Shown here: positions 27,936 through 32,000 of the stretch, one piece after another
Position numbering within the stretch: position 1 is the stretch's first letter
How the letters are laid out: each line of letters opens with the position of its first letter
NCBI RefSeq assembly: GCF_001481685.1
Contig: NZ_CP006867.1
Location: 1,320,001 to 1,352,000, forward strand
Direction of reading: 5' to 3'
Length of the DNA: 32,000 bases
Source of the DNA: Ignicoccus islandicus DSM 13165
GTDB lineage: Archaea > Thermoproteota > Thermoprotei_A > Sulfolobales > Ignicoccaceae
Translations under genes and position numbers: made by a program
Notes under the pieces: generated by a model
Databases searched by the model: none
Told to the model about the DNA's origin: nothing
Seen by the model: the letters and a program-made list of their open reading frames with translations, nothing else

Positions 27936-28547
27936 TTGGAAGGTGAAGGAAAGGAAACAAAGGGCGTGAGAAAGATTTCAACTACGACCGATATAATGAA
28001 TGCAATTAAAAACGTGGAACGGGGAATTGCAATACTCTTAGTACTTAAGAAGGACTTAACGTGGGAACGCTATATTTTACACATAGAGAATAAAAGGATA
28101 ATTTCCGGTGAACCCAAAATACCCTCTGAACGAGATTTGAAGGATTCATTAATGTCGCTTCTCGTCTTACCACGTGTCCGAATCATCGAGGAAGGAATCG
28201 AAAGAATGGTTGAAAGCGCGGGGCTTGACGTGGAGACCCTTCCGGAAGATGTGAAGAGGCTAGTTCAACTAATTCCGGGTATTGAACTGTTCATTCCAGA
28301 CAAGGAACTTGTGGAAGCTAACGTGAGCGAAACTGTTATCCCAATAAATGAAGTAGTGGACGAAGTCGTTAGGATAGTTGAGAACATGATTGAGGAAATG
28401 GGTCTCAAAGGTGAGGTAAAAGTAGTAAACAGAGAGTTAAATATTGTAATCAGTAAGAGGGTTCCGAAGAAACTGGTACAACGATTAGAAAAAGCTCTCA
28501 AGGCAAGGTTAGGCGATATGTATGAGATCAAAATAACTACGGGGTGA
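27936..28547 (+). CDS. Uncharacterised protein of the ParA-linked cluster
   Basis: 203 aa (TTG 27936 or GTG 27966 start); immediately upstream of ParA-like ATPase. Confidence 0.7.
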   Translation: MEGEGKETKGVRKISTTTDIMNAIKNVERGIAILLVLKKDLTWERYILHIENKRIISGEPKIPSERDLKDSLMSLLVLPRVRIIEEGIERMVESAGLDVETLPEDVKRLVQLIPGIELFIPDKELVEANVSETVIPINEVVDEVVRIVENMIEEMGLKGEVKVVNRELNIVISKRVPKKLVQRLEKALKARLGDMYEIKITTG

Positions 28548-28554
28548 TGTAGAA

Positions 28555-29469
28555 ATGATACTATTCTTCGGTAAGAAGAAGAAAAAGAGAGAAGATACTG
28601 TCATTGTAGGGGTAGAGAAGGATAACGTCTTCGGAACTATGAGTCCTAAAGGAGGAGTTGGAAAAACTAGCATAACTGTTGAAGTAGCATCATTAATTAC
28701 ACTCAAGGATATGTCAGTTGCACTAGTTGACTGGGATCTGTGGTCTCCTAGGCTCACGAGCAGGTTAATTGGAGTAAACGAAGGTCCTGGCCTCTTAGAA
28801 CTCCTCTTAGGTGAAGCAGAGCCTGACGAGGTACTCAGAAACGTCGATTTCACTACGACCTCCGGTAAATTAATTCGATTCAAAGTTGTGCCTGCTTCCG
28901 ATAAAGAGGCGTTAACCAAGGGCTTAATGAAGAGGTTAGCAACTGAATTGGAAGAAAAGTACGATGAGATAAAGGAAAGAGCAATTAATCTCTCGAATTA
29001 CTTAGCTAGTACCACTGACATCGTCTTTAATGATTATCCCGTACCAAGCGGCCCAGCTCCAGCTCCCTTCCATAAAATTGCAGCTAGCGCCACCCATTGG
29101 CTAAATATAGTCATAGATGCTGTCCCAACAACTGCGGAGTACGCGGCAAGATACGTAGAGATGTTCTACCCAACTCTCCCGATATTCATCGTATTCGTAA
29201 ACATGATAAGACCAGTTCATCACGAATATAGCGCGGCTGTTGCGAGAGCACCCGAGCTATGTAAGAAGTTCGCTGCTAAGTACGTAGCCTTCGTTCCATT
29301 CGACGGTAAGCTTTACGACGTAAAAGTATCTGGGGCAGCTCCCCCAGCAAGTATAAACTATAAGCCCACGGAGTCTGACGCTCTAAAAGTACTTCGAGAT
29401 GCTGCTATGAAGATAGCGCGTAGAGAGAACCCAGCTGGATGCGTTGCATTACACTTGAAAGTACTCTAA
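28555..29469 (+). CDS. ParA/MinD-like deviant Walker A ATPase
   Basis: FGTMSPKGGVGKTSITVEVASLITLKDMSVALVDWDLWSPRLTSRLIGV; GGGGTGAT Shine-Dalgarno upstream. Confidence 0.88.
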   Translation: MILFFGKKKKKREDTVIVGVEKDNVFGTMSPKGGVGKTSITVEVASLITLKDMSVALVDWDLWSPRLTSRLIGVNEGPGLLELLLGEAEPDEVLRNVDFTTTSGKLIRFKVVPASDKEALTKGLMKRLATELEEKYDEIKERAINLSNYLASTTDIVFNDYPVPSGPAPAPFHKIAASATHWLNIVIDAVPTTAEYAARYVEMFYPTLPIFIVFVNMIRPVHHEYSAAVARAPELCKKFAAKYVAFVPFDGKLYDVKVSGAAPPASINYKPTESDALKVLRDAAMKIARRENPAGCVALHLKVL

Positions 29470-29499
29470 TCTTAGAAATATTATAGGTAGGTGATTAGC

Positions 29500-29817
29500 G
29501 TGAATCAGTGGAAGGAAGAGATACGAAAGGTCCCCGGATATGAAATAGAATGGTACGCCGTGTTCGAAATTACTGAAGGTAATCTAGAATTGCTTGACAA
29601 GGAATCAGTCTCTATTGAGGTCCTACGTAAAATAGAGCCTATGGTAGCTAGTGTGATTCATGACTTAAAAGCCATTTCGGAAGCAGAACTGAGAGACGAA
29701 CCTATGGAGAAAAGGAAGTTAGACGTACTTGTTAATACAGAGAAAGGATTTATTAGTATGAGTTTAGTGTCCGATAGCATACTTGTAATCGCTTCACTGA
29801 GAAAGAAAGAATTTTAA
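29500..29817 (+). CDS. Uncharacterised small protein of the ParA-linked cluster
   Basis: GTG start at 29500 preceded by GGTGATT; protein MNQWKEEIRKVPGYEIEWYAVFEITEGN.... Confidence 0.65.
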   Translation: MNQWKEEIRKVPGYEIEWYAVFEITEGNLELLDKESVSIEVLRKIEPMVASVIHDLKAISEAELRDEPMEKRKLDVLVNTEKGFISMSLVSDSILVIASLRKKEF

Positions 29818-30185
29818 AGTCTTATTATAGCAACCCTAGGTCTCAATCCATCCCATATCGCTTCAACTTCTATTTCGGATTCTAATTCTGGTTCCGAAAA
29901 GATTGATCTAAATATAGCTATTGAGGACCGTAGTGTACTTAGGGACTTCATCGTATATGTGAGAACCCTCAGGGTCTGCTTAATTACCATTTCCTTATTC
30001 GGATCGACCAATATGGTTATACCAGGATAACTAGCGGAACCCTCGCCTTCTCCAGTCCATTCCTCTTCTATGATATTTAGAACTCTCTGAAGGTTCTCTT
30101 TACTTATATTAACTGAGTTCTCCATATCAGATAGAAGTTCTTTTAGACTATTGTACTTCTTTACTTCTAAAGGCATTTCCACCAA
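29814..30185 (-). CDS. Uncharacterised small protein adjoining the ParA-linked cluster
   Basis: 123 aa, convergent 4-nt overlap with 29500..29817. Confidence 0.6.
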   Translation of the reverse strand: MVEMPLEVKKYNSLKELLSDMENSVNISKENLQRVLNIIEEEWTGEGEGSASYPGITILVDPNKEMVIKQTLRVLTYTMKSLSTLRSSIAIFRSIFSEPELESEIEVEAIWDGLRPRVAIIRL

Positions 30186-30200
30186 ACCCCTTCTGTAAAT

Positions 30201-31559
30201 TTATATTGATTCAAACGACTTTAGCATAAGTCGTGTACCCCAACCCGTCGGATAGGGCGAGGCCCACCTTACGTTAGCTTCGTGGGCCATGGCTGGTCCC
30301 GCTATATCGAGGTAGACCCATGGGTCTGGAGCAAACTCTTTCAAGAATAACGCACCTATGATACTTCCAGCTTGTCTCTTAGATGAAATGTTGGTCATAT
30401 CAGCAACTGGATGATCTAAGTCGCTCCTATATTTTTCGTAGAGAGGCATTCTCCAGACGAGTTCGCCTGTGTACTTAGATGCCTCTTCAATTAGTTTAGC
30501 GTAGTCGTCGGAGGTTGAGTATAATGCTGCAATATCGTAACCTAGAGCGATTATTTGCGCGCCAGTTAACGTTGCCAGGGTAAAAGTGACTTGAGGAGAG
30601 AATTTCTTGATGTAAGTTAGGGCATCAGCCAGTATAAGTCTTCCTTCAGCGTCAGTATTGCCTATATGTACGTATTTTCCAGAATAGCTCCTTATCACGT
30701 CTTCCATCTTATATGCCCTACCAGAAACGAGGTTTTCAGCTAAGGGAACGATGGTAGTTAGCTTCACTTTCAAGCCTAGTTTGGCTGCCCAGATAGTTGC
30801 TGCCGCAGCGACAGCAGCGCCTGACATATCAGCATGCATATTCTTCATATAGTTCGCGGGCTTCAGGTTGTAACCTCCAGAATCGAAGGTAACTCCCTTT
30901 CCTACCAGCCCTACCCTTCTTCCTTCTCCATCATAGTGAAGTATCAGTAACTTCGGTGGTATGTCGGAGCCCTTGCCTACTGCTAGTAGTAACTCTAACC
31001 CCTCTTTTTTGAGATCATCTTGATCTAACACCGTAACGTCTATAGGTAAACCCTTCGCTTGATCCATTACTAATTTAGGAAAGGTTGAAGGGTTGAGTTG
31101 GTTAGGAGGTTCCGATGCTAGTTCTCTTGCGAACATCTGTGCTTCTGAATGAAGCAATGCTCTCTTAACTTCACCTCTCTCGCAGTTATCTACGACGAAA
31201 TATATTCTTCGTTCCTTTTTATTGGATTTATACTTATCGAACTGCCATGAAGTTAGTGCAGTACCCGTGATGATGGGGTAGGGATCATCCACATCTCGCA
31301 AATCAACTACCGAAACCCTGAAGCTTTTCAAGGATCTGCCTATCTTATAGCCGGTCTCTATGTCATTCTTCTTTCCTAAGACCAGTAGTTTTAATTCAGT
31401 GCCTTCCTTGTAAAGGACCGGTTCTATTGACTCGACGTCCTCTGGTAAGACCAGCTGCGGAAGGGTATTCTGGAACTCGTTTCTATCTTCAATTATGTTT
31501 ACCTTAATACCGGGTATGGAAGAGGGATCCGAAGTCGTGCATTTGATTTCTAGAGGAAT
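30201..31559 (-). CDS. Leucyl aminopeptidase, M17 family (N-terminus extends beyond the called ORF)
   Basis: GKGVTFDSGGYNLKPANYMKNMHADMSGAAVAAAATI, NTDAEGRLILADALTYI. The frame stays open upstream of 31331 to 31562 and encodes LKLLVLGKKNDIETGYKIGRSLKSF, typical of the M17 N-terminal domain. Confidence 0.88.
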   Translation of the reverse strand: MPLEIKCTTSDPSSIPGIKVNIIEDRNEFQNTLPQLVLPEDVESIEPVLYKEGTELKLLVLGKKNDIETGYKIGRSLKSFRVSVVDLRDVDDPYPIITGTALTSWQFDKYKSNKKERRIYFVVDNCERGEVKRALLHSEAQMFARELASEPPNQLNPSTFPKLVMDQAKGLPIDVTVLDQDDLKKEGLELLLAVGKGSDIPPKLLILHYDGEGRRVGLVGKGVTFDSGGYNLKPANYMKNMHADMSGAAVAAAATIWAAKLGLKVKLTTIVPLAENLVSGRAYKMEDVIRSYSGKYVHIGNTDAEGRLILADALTYIKKFSPQVTFTLATLTGAQIIALGYDIAALYSTSDDYAKLIEEASKYTGELVWRMPLYEKYRSDLDHPVADMTNISSKRQAGSIIGALFLKEFAPDPWVYLDIAGPAMAHEANVRWASPYPTGWGTRLMLKSFESI

Positions 31560-31613
31560 TTTTTACTCACCGTGTATACCCTTTACGTGAAGGGGAAATT
31601 ACTGTTTTCATAT

Positions 31614-31667
31614 GCGATGAGGAGACCACGGCAAGACTGAAGAAGTGATGTATCAGAGTTACGCTGA
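31614..31667 (+). ncRNA. Candidate C/D-box sRNA
   Basis: GCGATGA (C) - 16 nt - CTGA (D') - agaa - GTGATGT (C') - atcagagttacg (12 nt) - CTGA (D), entirely intergenic, 54 nt. Confidence 0.65.
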
Positions 31668-31682
31668 GCTCAAACTAATTCC

Positions 31683-31952
31683 TTAGACTATTCCAAGCAG
31701 AATTAGAAATATATACATAATGAGCGCAATTAGTATTGATTGGACTATCGACTTTAGATCTATTTTACTTTCCGTAAAACCTCTACCTGCTAATACCATT
31801 AGAATAAGGCCAAGAACGTTAGTAAACGAATAACCTATCCAGTAGCCGATTTTCGTGTCTATCATGCAACATACTTGAAGTATCTTTGATATTGCAAGAG
31901 ATAATGGGACGTTAACGAATGCGTCGTTCCATGGAGTTAATGGCGATAACAA
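31683..31952 (-). CDS. Small membrane protein with two predicted TM segments
   Basis: GYWIGYSFTNVLGLILMVLAGRGF and SIVQSILIALIMYIFLILLGIV; internal Met gives 31683..31862 (59 aa) as an alternative. Confidence 0.5.
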   Translation of the reverse strand: MLSPLTPWNDAFVNVPLSLAISKILQVCCMIDTKIGYWIGYSFTNVLGLILMVLAGRGFTESKIDLKSIVQSILIALIMYIFLILLGIV

Positions 31953-32000
31953 CCATCCAATAATTCCTATGGATATGCGGATCAGTTGCGCCGGGCGTTT

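Noticed and set aside
1-32000. Search by eye for tRNA/rRNA genes, transposases, integrases, toxin-antitoxin pairs and restriction or Cas genes
   Set aside because: None recognised; a tRNAscan-SE and Infernal run would be needed to exclude intron-containing or split tRNAs.

Overview
This 32 kb window looks like an ordinary chromosomal segment of a hyperthermophilic archaeon, most likely Thermoproteota/Desulfurococcales (an inference from gene content and GGTGAT-type Shine-Dalgarno sites). It is densely packed with housekeeping genes: MoaA (5' fragment), geranylgeranyl reductase family, Lrp regulator, Ncs6/TtuA-like tRNA sulfurtransferase, COG1031 radical SAM protein, PCNA, PAPS-reductase/ferredoxin fusion, Pth2, Trm10-like and C9orf114/COG2106-like SPOUT methyltransferases, aspartate-semialdehyde dehydrogenase, two MetE-like proteins and an M17 aminopeptidase. 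No tRNA, rRNA, CRISPR or transposase was seen. The main non-routine items are: (1) a convergent intergenic region (21015-21339) with two inward-facing arrays of 11-bp-phased TTGGAC repeats beside an Orc/Cdc6-like AAA+-wHTH ATPase with a non-canonical Walker B; (2) a HerA/VirB4-type ATPase paired with a polytopic membrane protein resembling the CedB/CedA DNA-import machinery; (3) a compact cluster around a ParA/MinD-like ATPase made mostly of uncharacterised proteins; (4) two C/D-box sRNA candidates with near-identical architecture (31614-31667 and 18799-18851); (5) an M17 aminopeptidase whose N-terminal domain lies upstream of the called ORF with no canonical start codon; (6) a 34-aa basic mini-ORF with a perfect Shine-Dalgarno. 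All functional calls come from reading the sequence; no database search was run.
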